Shown piece after piece: positions 1 to 8,235 of a stretch of 45,434 nt of DNA. The stretch is from a virus (Duplodnaviria; Caudoviricetes). Under the pieces are notes generated by a model, which saw only the letters and a program-made list of their open reading frames with translations, was not told the DNA's origin and did no database searches. Position 1 is the first letter of the stretch. Each line of letters starts with the position of its first letter. Both the position numbers and the translations under genes were made by a program. The stretch lies in the IMG/VR virus record IMGVR_UViG_3300016478_000286, positions 1 through 45,434 of that record; one strand, given 5' to 3'.

Positions 1-594
1 TCCATCGTCGAAGGCCCGTTCTCTGCTCCCGATGGAGAGGAAAAGGAAGTCACAAAGATGGTAAGAGAGCGCAACAACGCCATCCTAGAGTTCCTTTATT
101 CCACCGGGCTGAGGGCGTCTGAGTGTTCCAGCCTTACAGTCAGCGACGTGGACCTTACAGATATGATGGTTTTCGTGAGAGGGAAGGCAAAGATTGAACG
201 GCTGATCCCATTTGGCAGACCGGCCAAGAGGAAACTCCTTGCGTACCTGGATACCAGGGGGTACGTATTTGGAGAGCCAGATCCTGGAGACAGACTGTTC
301 GTTTCCTTTACAGGGAAGCCTATATCGAAGAGAGACATTGACAACGTTATGAGAGAGGCCGTGTCGAGGGCGGGGATAAGAGGGAAGGTTACTCCTCATA
401 CCCTGAGACATTCCTTCGCGACTCACCTTCTTGAGAGGGGAGCTGACCTGAGAACGATACAAACTTTCCTCGGCCACCAGAGCCTCAAGGCGACGACGAT
501 ATACACACATATGAACATTTCCTCATTAAAAGAACAATACACGTCCCACGATCCCCGTAGAAAGGATTTGCCTGGGAATGTAATAGGAGGTTGA
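1..594 (+). CDS. xerC: XerC/D-like tyrosine recombinase, catalytic domain (full protein ~308 aa across the junction)
   Basis: RNNAILEFLYSTGLRASE, VRGK..IERLIPFG, TPHTLRHSFATHLLERGADLRTIQTFLGH..TTIYTH: complete R-K-H-R-H-Y catalytic set. Frame 1 is open from base 1. Confidence 0.92.
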   Translation, partial: SIVEGPFSAPDGEEKEVTKMVRERNNAILEFLYSTGLRASECSSLTVSDVDLTDMMVFVRGKAKIERLIPFGRPAKRKLLAYLDTRGYVFGEPDPGDRLFVSFTGKPISKRDIDNVMREAVSRAGIRGKVTPHTLRHSFATHLLERGADLRTIQTFLGHQSLKATTIYTHMNISSLKEQYTSHDPRRKDLPGNVIGG

Positions 595-595
595 T

Positions 596-1078
596 ATGCC
601 TAGAGCGACTATGAATGAAGAACAAAAAAAAGAGTTCGGGAAGTTCCATGAGTACTACGCAGAAATGTTGGCCCCTAAGATTTTTATTACAGTAAGAGAG
701 TATGCCGAAGCGAACGGGACAAGTATCCAGGATGTAAGGAGCATGTTGCTTGCCGGCGAAATGCCTGGGGCGTACCTTATTGGGGACACGGTGAGGATCC
801 CCGTGAATGGAATGGTGGTAGATGAAGCAAAGGAAAGGATCTTAGCTCTCGGGAAGGATGACTTCTCAATCTATGAGGTTGGGCAAATGCTGTCTGTTTC
901 GTATAGGACTATCTATCGTTGGATCAAGAACGGCGATGTCTCCGTGAAGAAAGGCCGAGGGGAAGCAAAAGCCCCGAGGATTAAGGCCAAGGCCCTGATG
1001 AAGATCATAAGGAAGTATAATCTACCGCCGTACTATAGACGTGATGAACGTTGTAAAGTAAAGAAAATAGGCGTATAA
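596..1078 (+). CDS. Excisionase-like / MerR-type HTH DNA-binding protein with two HTH modules
   Basis: FITVREYAEANGTSIQDVRSML...IGDTVRIP and FSIYEVGQMLSVSYRTIYRWIKNG. GGAGG RBS. Directly follows the recombinase. Confidence 0.7.
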   Translation: MPRATMNEEQKKEFGKFHEYYAEMLAPKIFITVREYAEANGTSIQDVRSMLLAGEMPGAYLIGDTVRIPVNGMVVDEAKERILALGKDDFSIYEVGQMLSVSYRTIYRWIKNGDVSVKKGRGEAKAPRIKAKALMKIIRKYNLPPYYRRDERCKVKKIGV

Positions 1079-1125
1079 TATTATCGCCTGGTTTTCCGTT
1101 CTCCCTCCGTGTGCGTTTTGCCTTC

Positions 1126-1165
1126 GAGGGGAAGGAGATAACATTCCTTCCCCTCTTCCCTTTTC
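1126..1165 (+). terminator. Intrinsic terminator between the convergent arms
   Basis: 11-bp stem GAGGGGAAGGA / TCCTTCCCCTC followed by a pyrimidine/T tract, where the + and - gene blocks converge. Confidence 0.6.
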
Positions 1166-1174
1166 TATCTGCTG

Positions 1175-1366
1175 TTAGTCACTCCCAGCCTTTCTCATGT
1201 CCGCCAAAGCCCTAGATAGGTCAAGAGACTTCCTTCTTAGATCCCCTCTAGTCCTAGGTGAGGTGTAGCTTTCCCGGAAAGACGAGTCCTCGTCTTCCAT
1301 TTTACGCACCAGCTTGATGAACTCTTGCGCAACTTCCATTGCCGTTCTGATGTTCTTTCCTGTCAT
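1175..1366 (-). CDS. Small hypothetical protein
   Basis: 63 aa ORF with AGGAGG RBS. Confidence 0.6.
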   Translation of the reverse strand: MTGKNIRTAMEVAQEFIKLVRKMEDEDSSFRESYTSPRTRGDLRRKSLDLSRALADMRKAGSD

Positions 1367-1398
1367 TGTTCCTCCTTTTATAGTTTGCTGTATGCCAC

Positions 1399-1429
1399 GA
1401 GATCGTCTGGATCTGGGTCAGCCTCACCA
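1399..1429. repeat. 31-bp direct repeat, copy A (copy B at 2829-2859)
   Basis: GAGATCGTCTGGATCTGGGTCA(G/A)CCTCACCA, one mismatch between copies. Confidence 0.9.
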
Positions 1430-1460
1430 GCCGTCCATAATCGAGCAAAATCCAAATCCG

Positions 1461-2684
1461 TTAGATTTTTTTCTCAAGAACCCAAAGCAATTCTTTTACT
1501 TTTATACTTCTATCTCTCAGGTTTCTTGACCCTCTATAAGCATTATAATCTTGGTCAAAAAGCTCCCACTTTCCGTATTTCGATAAAATCGACTTGAAAG
1601 TTTCTATCGGGATTATTCCCTCGTCATTATAGGATATTGCTATAAACTTTGCTCTAGTATTTTTCAGAAGATTTTCCATTGCTTCCTCGGCAATTTTTCT
1701 TTTGTTATAAGCTGACTTATTCCATTCTTTTGAAATACCACTCACTCCGTCCTGTATTTCGCGTGGTTTTCCTTCGTTGATTATATTCAACATGAAATAA
1801 TTAGAACCATACGGATGTTGGTTGTATGGCGGGTCGTAATACACTAAATCAAAAACTGGTAAATCTTTGCTATTTACAAGCTCATTTATATCTTTCTTGT
1901 GAACATGAACAACACATTCAAAATCTGAGAAAATTGGCGTGTCTAAAACAATCTCTTGTTTAATTCTTTGAAGTGCATTTTCACCTTGTCCCCCAAAATG
2001 GCCGATTCCATTTTTTTTATGAAACCCCTTAAAGACTCCAGATGTATTGTTGTGTACTGAAGCCTTAACAATGAGAGAGGCGAGACAAAAAGTTTTGTAA
2101 GGTTCTGGTATCTCTTCAATTAAATTTCTAATATTGTCAATTATTTTTGCGTTTGAGTTAGTATAAAAAACTCGCTCGCCTGGTTGAACATCATCATCTT
2201 TTTTGGGTGCGTAATTTTTTTCTATAAATCCAGATTTTTTGGATTTTAGCTTCAATTTGTTTTTGTTCAACCAGTCGATATATTCTTCAAGTTTTTTGAA
2301 GTCTATATCTGATTTGTTAGCTAGGTATGCTTTGTTTACAGTCTCAGAATAATCTTCAAGATCATTAACGTGCAGTTCGCTAGCAAATGCTTTTAATAAG
2401 CGAGCAGTTGAGCCGCTTCCAACAAATCCGTCCAAAATAACTAATTTGTCTTTTCCGATTTTTTTGCGAATGTCTAAAAACGCCTTATATAAAAATGGTA
2501 ATAAGCGTCTTTTGTTTCCGATATATGTTATGAGATGAGAACTGAAAAAAGGATTTTTCAAATCTAAACTCTCAACAATGTCGTTTGAGAATAAATTAAA
2601 TTTTGTTTGTGACTTTGTTGGTTTCATAGAGATAACCAGGGCGTCCATAATCGTGTCTTCTGAAGCCTGAAGGCAAATCAACAT
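1461..2684 (-). CDS. N6-adenine DNA methyltransferase, D12 class (M.NlaIII/M.FokI-like), orphan; true start may be 2627
   Basis: YIGNKRRLL, LDGFVGSG (motif I), NDLE, YYDPPYN (motif IV), ISYNDEG, ELLWVLEK. Markedly AT-rich versus the genome. No cognate endonuclease seen. Confidence 0.9.
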   Translation of the reverse strand: MLICLQASEDTIMDALVISMKPTKSQTKFNLFSNDIVESLDLKNPFFSSHLITYIGNKRRLLPFLYKAFLDIRKKIGKDKLVILDGFVGSGSTARLLKAFASELHVNDLEDYSETVNKAYLANKSDIDFKKLEEYIDWLNKNKLKLKSKKSGFIEKNYAPKKDDDVQPGERVFYTNSNAKIIDNIRNLIEEIPEPYKTFCLASLIVKASVHNNTSGVFKGFHKKNGIGHFGGQGENALQRIKQEIVLDTPIFSDFECVVHVHKKDINELVNSKDLPVFDLVYYDPPYNQHPYGSNYFMLNIINEGKPREIQDGVSGISKEWNKSAYNKRKIAEEAMENLLKNTRAKFIAISYNDEGIIPIETFKSILSKYGKWELFDQDYNAYRGSRNLRDRSIKVKELLWVLEKKI

Positions 2685-2706
2685 ATACCGGTTCGTTCAC
2701 TCTCAG
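2638..2706. repeat. ~69-bp direct repeat, copy A (copy B at 3139-3207)
   Basis: AGGGCGTCCAYAATCGTGTCTTCTGAAGCCTGRAGGCAAMTCAACATATACCGRTTCGTTCACTCTCAG, about 4 mismatches. Confidence 0.9.
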
Positions 2707-3056
2707 TTGGACGCAAGTTCTCGCAAGAGCGTTTCCCCTCCTGGATCAGCAATAACAGTGTCGAGAGGTCTTGCCTCTTCATATTCGACACAAGCGCCGT
2801 TTAACCTGGCGAAGTTCTGAGCCTCCGAGAGATCGTCTGGATCTGGGTCAACCTCACCAAGCGAACACTCCTCTGGGTGGTCGTGTGTAGCACGTATGTA
2901 AAACCTACACCCCGTCAAACAATCCCCTGGGCACTTTGAACTTTCCGGCGTAACGTCTTGCCAGCAAGGCAATCCTTCATCGTCGTAATACCCGCAACGT
3001 AGACCGAGTTCACCGGTCAGGTAGAACTCACAATTGATACAGTCTTTATATTCCAT
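2703..3056 (-). CDS. Cys-rich hypothetical protein (possible metal binding)
   Basis: GGAGGG RBS before ATG 3056. Motifs CINCEFY...CGYY and CPGDCLTGCRFY...C. Confidence 0.6.
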   Translation of the reverse strand: MEYKDCINCEFYLTGELGLRCGYYDDEGLPCWQDVTPESSKCPGDCLTGCRFYIRATHDHPEECSLGEVDPDPDDLSEAQNFARLNGACVEYEEARPLDTVIADPGGETLLRELASN

Positions 3057-3138
3057 CTTTCCCTCCGGAAAATGAGGGGAGGGTGGCAACGTTGGTTTCA
3101 CTCTCCCCTCCCTCCTAAAACCATAATCAACCGATATT

Positions 3139-3207
3139 AGGGCGTCCACAATCGTGTCTTCTGAAGCCTGGAGGCAACTCAACATATACCGATTCGTTCA
3201 CTCTCAG
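3139..3207. repeat. ~69-bp direct repeat, copy B
   Basis: Near-identical to 2638-2706. Confidence 0.9.
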
Positions 3208-3233
3208 GAAGATAATCGCTTGCTTCTGTGATT

Positions 3234-4193
3234 TTATAGATTTTCATTCCATAACCTTTTGCTTTTTTCAATGCGTTCTTTATTCTTGTGTCGTTTTTCA
3301 ATGAACGCAGAAAAACTCATTTTTTTAAAGATATGCACCTGATTGCAATAAGCGGAAAGATCAACAAAGAAATCAGAATTTTCACTTCCCCAACAACTTA
3401 TATCTCTCATAATATATGGTAAGCACTGATTTTCTTTTAACCATACTATTCTTTTAACAGTTTCAACCAAAGACATTTCAGGGTGTATATACACAAAAAA
3501 TTTTAGCTGATAAGGCTTTCGCCAAGAAAGAAAAGTCATCTTTTCTTCGATTATCGTTTTGTATTTCCAATTATCGAAAGCAAAGATATATTCACCTAAA
3601 TAGTTGATTTTCGATAACAGATCACTATTTTCAGAATCCAACAATCTAACATCTAAACCTTGATTGAACTGACATTTGATATTTTTTTGAACGAGTTCTG
3701 CTAATATTTCTTTATGTTCTGGTAATGACAGAATATTGTTATCTAAGAACTTTACTTTTTTGTGCCTAACAATATCATCTACATTTGCAACCTTATGAAT
3801 GTGCCCTTCTTTTTTGGGGACTTTGCAAAACGAACAATTCCTAATACAACCCCTTGTGATAAACCCGTATGACGTATCATTATCGGGATAAATAGAATAA
3901 TCTGGATCAAATCCTTCAGCTACAGAAGGAATTTTTGTAGTAAGATCGAAACCAGTTCCCCCAAATATAATATTATCACCGATAATATAATTTGCATTGC
4001 CTTCAAATATAACAGAACAGTAAGTTTTATCCGCACTTTTTGGGATAAACGGAGTTTTCTTTCTGTTCGGGTAATAAGGAAGATTAGCTCGCACCAATTC
4101 AACATCATCACCTAATGATTTATGCCATGCGGATAGTTTCATTAAGGCTAGATTGGGTATGGTTGAATCGGCATCTATCAAAAGCACTTTCAT
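3234..4193 (-). CDS. Radical SAM superfamily protein
   Basis: ITRGCIRNCSFC (CxxxCxxC), FLDNN, FNQGLDVRL. N-terminus PNLALMKLSAWHK resembles a degenerate B12-binding-type domain. AT-rich. Confidence 0.85.
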   Translation of the reverse strand: MKVLLIDADSTIPNLALMKLSAWHKSLGDDVELVRANLPYYPNRKKTPFIPKSADKTYCSVIFEGNANYIIGDNIIFGGTGFDLTTKIPSVAEGFDPDYSIYPDNDTSYGFITRGCIRNCSFCKVPKKEGHIHKVANVDDIVRHKKVKFLDNNILSLPEHKEILAELVQKNIKCQFNQGLDVRLLDSENSDLLSKINYLGEYIFAFDNWKYKTIIEEKMTFLSWRKPYQLKFFVYIHPEMSLVETVKRIVWLKENQCLPYIMRDISCWGSENSDFFVDLSAYCNQVHIFKKMSFSAFIEKRHKNKERIEKSKRLWNENL

Positions 4194-4250
4194 TATTATT
4201 CTTTCAACTCCTTAATTAATTTCTCGTTTGCATCCACAATCTTATCTCCT

Positions 4251-4724
4251 TTAGTCGAGTCCTAGCTGACCAAGAGCCCTAACCCCGTCCATCAGGTCGT
4301 CAACAACCCCAGACGTTAGCCCGTATTCCAGGAACACCTCCGCCCGAGGATTTTCCCTGTCGATGGCATGAGTCAAGAACCCAATGCAGAGCTCCTTTAC
4401 GTTGTCGTCGGCAAGAATTCTAGCGTCAACAAGTATGTCTTGAACGCTCTCAAGGGCGTTGCTGTAGTCCCATTTCCGCAGGCTGTCCCTGTAAAACTTA
4501 ACACTGATCCGGACGATAGACGGGAGCGGAAACGATATGCGGCCTTTTCCGTTCGCAGGGGTCGCTGACTCTGGAAGATGGGCTATGTTTCGCTTATGCC
4601 AGCGGGCATACCCTTCAGACGGGAGGACAACAGGATAAGACCTCCCCTTGACACTGAACACCCGCTTCGAGTTCTTCTTGGACGGGGTGTTCCCGAACAG
4701 GACGACCTTCACCACATCAGTCAC
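4251..4724 (-). CDS. rusA: RusA-like Holliday junction resolvase
   Basis: PSKKN at the N-terminus, RKWDYSNALESVQDILVDARILADDN (DxxN...D...DD), ENPRAEV. Confidence 0.7.
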   Translation of the reverse strand: MTDVVKVVLFGNTPSKKNSKRVFSVKGRSYPVVLPSEGYARWHKRNIAHLPESATPANGKGRISFPLPSIVRISVKFYRDSLRKWDYSNALESVQDILVDARILADDNVKELCIGFLTHAIDRENPRAEVFLEYGLTSGVVDDLMDGVRALGQLGLD

Positions 4725-5344
4725 TTCAGAGCCTTCCCTATCCCATACCCCGCGGCGGCTCCCAGGACGAACGTTCCTACCTTCAGGGCCTTCTTCCAGA
4801 ACGACGATACCCTCTTGACTTTGAGGTTGTCAAAACACTGGTTGAGGGCCGTCTCACAACGAGTACGCTTGGCTTGTTCTGCTGATATTTGCGCCAGCCT
4901 TTCCTGGTCGATGTTGCCAAGAAGGAGGGACTTCTCCTTCTCCTTAGTGACAAGGGCGTTCATGGTAATCAGGTCCACCTTACAGAGCTCCAAGGCTTTG
5001 TCGCATAACGAAAGAGCGGACCCTTCCTTCTCGATCTCCTTTGGCTTCTCCTTTTTGAGGGCCTCCTGGTAGCGTTTGTTGGCCCGGTCAAACTCCTTCC
5101 TGGCTTCTTCGTTGTCGATGTAAGACTGGGCTAACTCCTGGTTCAGGACAACCACCTCGTTTTTCAGAGCGGCTATGGTCCTCTCAGCTTTTCTAAACTC
5201 GATGTCCAGGGCATACTTCTCTACTTCGTAGTCGGCGCTGATCTTCGCCTGGGCCTTTGTCTCAACAAAGAACGAAACACATAACGCTGTGACAACGATC
5301 AGGTAAATGCCGATGGCTATCGTTGCTACTTTATTGAACTTCAT
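4721..5344 (-). CDS. Membrane-anchored coiled-coil protein, putative spanin/lysis accessory
   Basis: AGGAGG RBS. N-terminal TM helix, long coiled coil with Cys, hydrophobic C-terminal helix. Lies near the holin and endolysin. Confidence 0.5.
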   Translation of the reverse strand: MKFNKVATIAIGIYLIVVTALCVSFFVETKAQAKISADYEVEKYALDIEFRKAERTIAALKNEVVVLNQELAQSYIDNEEARKEFDRANKRYQEALKKEKPKEIEKEGSALSLCDKALELCKVDLITMNALVTKEKEKSLLLGNIDQERLAQISAEQAKRTRCETALNQCFDNLKVKRVSSFWKKALKVGTFVLGAAAGYGIGKALK

Positions 5345-5354
5345 GGCTCCTCCT

Positions 5355-5391
5355 TTGCGCATATAATTGCGCATTATTTGCGTATACGCAA
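5355..5391. promoter_or_regulatory. Clustered TTGCG(C/T)A palindromic motifs, putative operator or recombination core
   Basis: TGCGCATATAA-TTGCGCA-TTATTTGCGTA imperfect inverted repeat, plus perfect palindrome TTGCGTATACGCAA (5378-5391), in an intergenic gap. Confidence 0.45.
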
Positions 5392-5403
5392 TTCTTGCTT
5401 CAA

Positions 5404-5796
5404 TTATTCGCTCCCACCTACGGCCATCTCTTTGCTCCACTTTACTCCTACGGACTCGGGTCCAGCCATACGCTTGTCCCACTTTGACCCCGTGGCCTCT
5501 TGCTGAGCTTCGAATACAGGAGGCTTAGCATAAGAGGCTCTTGCCTTAGCTATATCGTCTGCGCTTGGCCAAAGCTGGACCTTCTCTATCGGGGCTTCGT
5601 CCCCTCCATTAATCTTTTCTTTCCAGTCGTCAACGTTCCGTTCAACCTTGTCCAACCATTCCTTCATAGCGACAGCCAATAGGTCAGCCGCCACTCCACG
5701 GCGTTTCAGATGTAGGGCAGAACATACAGCGGCAAACCTCGTCCACAGATCCTTGTCAGCAACAGGGACGGTAGGCCCCTTCCATTCACTCTTCAT
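5404..5796 (-). CDS. Hypothetical protein with ribbon-helix-helix-like N-terminus
   Basis: GPTVPVADKDLWTRFAAVC...AADLLAVAMKEWL has a strand-helix-helix pattern. AGGAGG RBS. Confidence 0.45.
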   Translation of the reverse strand: MKSEWKGPTVPVADKDLWTRFAAVCSALHLKRRGVAADLLAVAMKEWLDKVERNVDDWKEKINGGDEAPIEKVQLWPSADDIAKARASYAKPPVFEAQQEATGSKWDKRMAGPESVGVKWSKEMAVGGSE

Positions 5797-5817
5797 GATC
5801 TTCCTCCTTAAAGTTAG

Positions 5818-6099
5818 TTAAACGCCCTTGCTCCTCTTGGGTATCCACCCAAAAGAGTCAGCAAGGTAATCCCATAACGGGGTGGCTCCTTTGTACACCC
5901 CATTCAGGGCCAGTGTCAGAAACAGGTAATACAGGATCGAGTCCATACGGAACCAATTAGCAATAGCCAAAACTCCGTAGCAAATGGCTCCGATGACCCA
6001 CGAAAGGTAGATTGCGGGGATCTTCAACCAACGCTTACCGACCTCCGTGGTGATAAACACAAACAAAAGATAGATGGCAACAGCGGGGATATCAATCAT
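5818..6099 (-). CDS. Putative holin (3 TM helices)
   Basis: 93 aa, three hydrophobic segments, basic C-terminus, ATGA-coupled to the endolysin. Confidence 0.6.
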   Translation of the reverse strand: MIDIPAVAIYLLFVFITTEVGKRWLKIPAIYLSWVIGAICYGVLAIANWFRMDSILYYLFLTLALNGVYKGATPLWDYLADSFGWIPKRSKGV

Positions 6100-6536
6100 T
6101 TAGCCTCCAACGGGACCCTTTTGTAGACGGGTTCTCCGTACTGGTTTTTTGTAGCAATCAAACATTCTCGCTTTGTCCCTGTAGAAATATGGCAGAACTT
6201 CCGGTCAGGGTAGGCGATCAGCTGGCCCCAGGTAAGGAACGACGCCCTGATCAAATTAAATACTTCCATGGTGTCTTTGGCGCATGAAAAGTCTGCGGCC
6301 TCTCCCTCTAGGTGCTGGCTTGTTTTTGCTCCTCCGTTCAGCTTGTTTGTCTCGTATGTTCTGAGACCACCATCGGTAGAAATATAAAGCGGAATATCCC
6401 CGATGATTTTTCTCACTCCTTCCAACAGTGTAGCCGTCTCTTTCAACTTCTCATACTTCTGGATGGCAAATTCAGCCGGAATTACCCGGCTACTCTTAAC
6501 GAACTCCTCAAAAGTAAAGTGTTTTGTCAGTAACAT
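6096..6536 (-). CDS. Peptidase M15A-type endolysin (Zn D-Ala-D-Ala peptidase fold)
   Basis: LTKHFTFEEF, R..ETNKLNGGAKTSQHLEGEAADF, FCHIS motifs. Confidence 0.85.
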   Translation of the reverse strand: MLLTKHFTFEEFVKSSRVIPAEFAIQKYEKLKETATLLEGVRKIIGDIPLYISTDGGLRTYETNKLNGGAKTSQHLEGEAADFSCAKDTMEVFNLIRASFLTWGQLIAYPDRKFCHISTGTKRECLIATKNQYGEPVYKRVPLEAK

Positions 6537-6569
6537 TTGCTCACCTCCACCAAAAATAATACGCCGAAA

Positions 6570-7121
6570 TCAACGTTTGTCAAGACTTATTGTTTTTTTA
6601 TTTACGTTGTTAACAATTTCTAGAACGATCTTCTCGCAAATGACATCGGAGGTTTCTCCTTTTTTGCGGTCAATCAAGAGGGTTCTCTCGGGGATCATTA
6701 AAGCCACTGCGGCGTGGGCCATTAGGGCCGGGGAGTCTATCGGGAAATGATAACCTCCGTCTCTCTCAACCGGAGGGACGGTCACAACCCAATCGTAACT
6801 CTCTACGACGTTCTTCCAAAGGCTCCCGAAGTACCGTTCGGCCTTTCTGTTTGTCTCAGGGTATCCATACATCGAGGCCCATATATATGGGTACATAAAC
6901 GATGGCCCGTTGATAACTCCACTCCCCGGCTCCCGGACAAATATGTCCATCATGGGAACCGGAGAGAGAGTTCTATACGTACCGCCGACCTGCTTGATCT
7001 CGGAACAGGCCCGTACCATAGACCGGATTGTCCAGTCGATCAAAGGGAGGGATAGCTTGTTTGCCAACGCCTTCCCTAGAACACGGCTAGGGTAAAGCAA
7101 TCCGATCTTCCACGCCTTCAT
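6570..7121 (-). CDS. Hypothetical protein, possibly a degenerate nucleotide-kinase fold
   Basis: IGLLYPSRVLGKALANKLSLPLI resembles a decayed P-loop kinase start. Weak evidence. Confidence 0.35.
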   Translation of the reverse strand: MKAWKIGLLYPSRVLGKALANKLSLPLIDWTIRSMVRACSEIKQVGGTYRTLSPVPMMDIFVREPGSGVINGPSFMYPYIWASMYGYPETNRKAERYFGSLWKNVVESYDWVVTVPPVERDGGYHFPIDSPALMAHAAVALMIPERTLLIDRKKGETSDVICEKIVLEIVNNVNKKTISLDKR

Positions 7122-7130
7122 GACGGCTCC

Positions 7131-7664
7131 TTAAAACGGGAACTCTTCGTCGTCAGAAAACGGAAGAGGCTCAGGTTCGTGAGGCTCATCGGCGAACGGG
7201 TCAACCTGCTCAAGAGGGGTCTGCTTTTTCCCCATCTCTTTCTGCTCCTTCAATTTGGCGTAGCGTTCTCTCTGCTGTGCCTTGTAGGCGACCATATCAT
7301 AGGGCTCATACTCCTGCGTCTCTTTGTTGAAAATGACACAAGAGTCAGACGAAACCATAAGCTCCATGCCCTGCTTGGCTCTAGGCATTTGTTCAGCAAC
7401 GGAGGTAATGATCTCTTCCAGCTTCGTCCCAATCGGATACCATGGAGAGGGGCGCCCCCAGACCTTCTTCCCTGAACCGTCCTGCTTTTTATCCATCCTC
7501 ATCAGCTGGACGTAGAACATTCCATTGTCTTTCTTTCTGATAATTTTCAGCTTTGTAGCGTACATAGTGATAGCATACATAGAGTCGAAAGTGACGCCCT
7601 CAACAAACTTCTCTTTGAAGTCGTTGACCTTTTCTCCGTATTTGTTAGTCGTAGCTTTTGGCAC
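7131..7664 (-). CDS. Putative single-stranded DNA-binding protein
   Basis: Acidic C-terminal tail FSDDEEFPF typical of SSB. Replication-module context. Confidence 0.5.
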   Translation of the reverse strand: MPKATTNKYGEKVNDFKEKFVEGVTFDSMYAITMYATKLKIIRKKDNGMFYVQLMRMDKKQDGSGKKVWGRPSPWYPIGTKLEEIITSVAEQMPRAKQGMELMVSSDSCVIFNKETQEYEPYDMVAYKAQQRERYAKLKEQKEMGKKQTPLEQVDPFADEPHEPEPLPFSDDEEFPF

Positions 7665-8235
7665 TTTGGCCCTCCTTCTTTAGCTTGATAATAACGGTAG
7701 CAACTTTTTGCTGGTTACAGTCGTTGCTACCGGCGAAAACAAAATAGAAATAGCCTTCCTCGTCGGTCCAGTGATCAATGATGGCTGGCGCATGGAACCC
7801 CATAGGACGGCGGGAGACTACATACATGCGCCTCCTGGTGTCGTGACCGAAGACCCCAGCCAACGCAGAGGACTCGTTATTTGGTGAGAACATCTCTGGA
7901 TCTGCACGGAGCTCTTTGTGATTCCTTCTGTCCCATACAATGTAGTCAAGGTAATATGCTTTTTCTTTCTTCGGGGCAGAGATTGTCCCGTAAAAGGAGT
8001 GGTTCCTAGACTTCACTTCCGTCCGGACGTGGAGTTCGACAAAGACAGGTTCGTATCGGTAGTCGTTCTCGTCTGGGAAGCCGTTTGTGACTTTGTTCTT
8101 CACATAGGTCTCAACCTGAGAGAGCGTAATCCCTTTCTCTGCCTTGCTCCTGGACACGAATCCTAACTCGGCAAGAGCTGAGTACATCCTGGCAATTAGA
8201 CGGTTCTCTTTCTTTCTCTGAGCGGCAAGGTTCAT
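7645..8235 (-). CDS. Hypothetical protein
   Basis: 196 aa ORF coupled to its neighbours. Confidence 0.6.
   Translation of the reverse strand: MNLAAQRKKENRLIARMYSALAELGFVSRSKAEKGITLSQVETYVKNKVTNGFPDENDYRYEPVFVELHVRTEVKSRNHSFYGTISAPKKEKAYYLDYIVWDRRNHKELRADPEMFSPNNESSALAGVFGHDTRRRMYVVSRRPMGFHAPAIIDHWTDEEGYFYFVFAGSNDCNQQKVATVIIKLKKEGQSAKSYD

Noticed and set aside
2638-3207. Diversity-generating retroelement TR/VR pair
   Set aside because: No reverse transcriptase in the genome, the mismatches are not confined to adenines on one strand, and the repeats are not at the 3' end of a target gene.
3234-4193. Radical SAM protein as the NrdG activase for the mini-NrdD
   Set aside because: Its size, N-terminal domain and motifs (TRGC, DNN, QGLD) do not resemble glycyl-radical activating enzymes.
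5345-5482. N-terminal extension of the 4721-5482 ORF as given in the track
   Set aside because: A strong AGGAGG RBS precedes the ATG at 5344, and the extension overlaps the upstream gene and the palindromic site.
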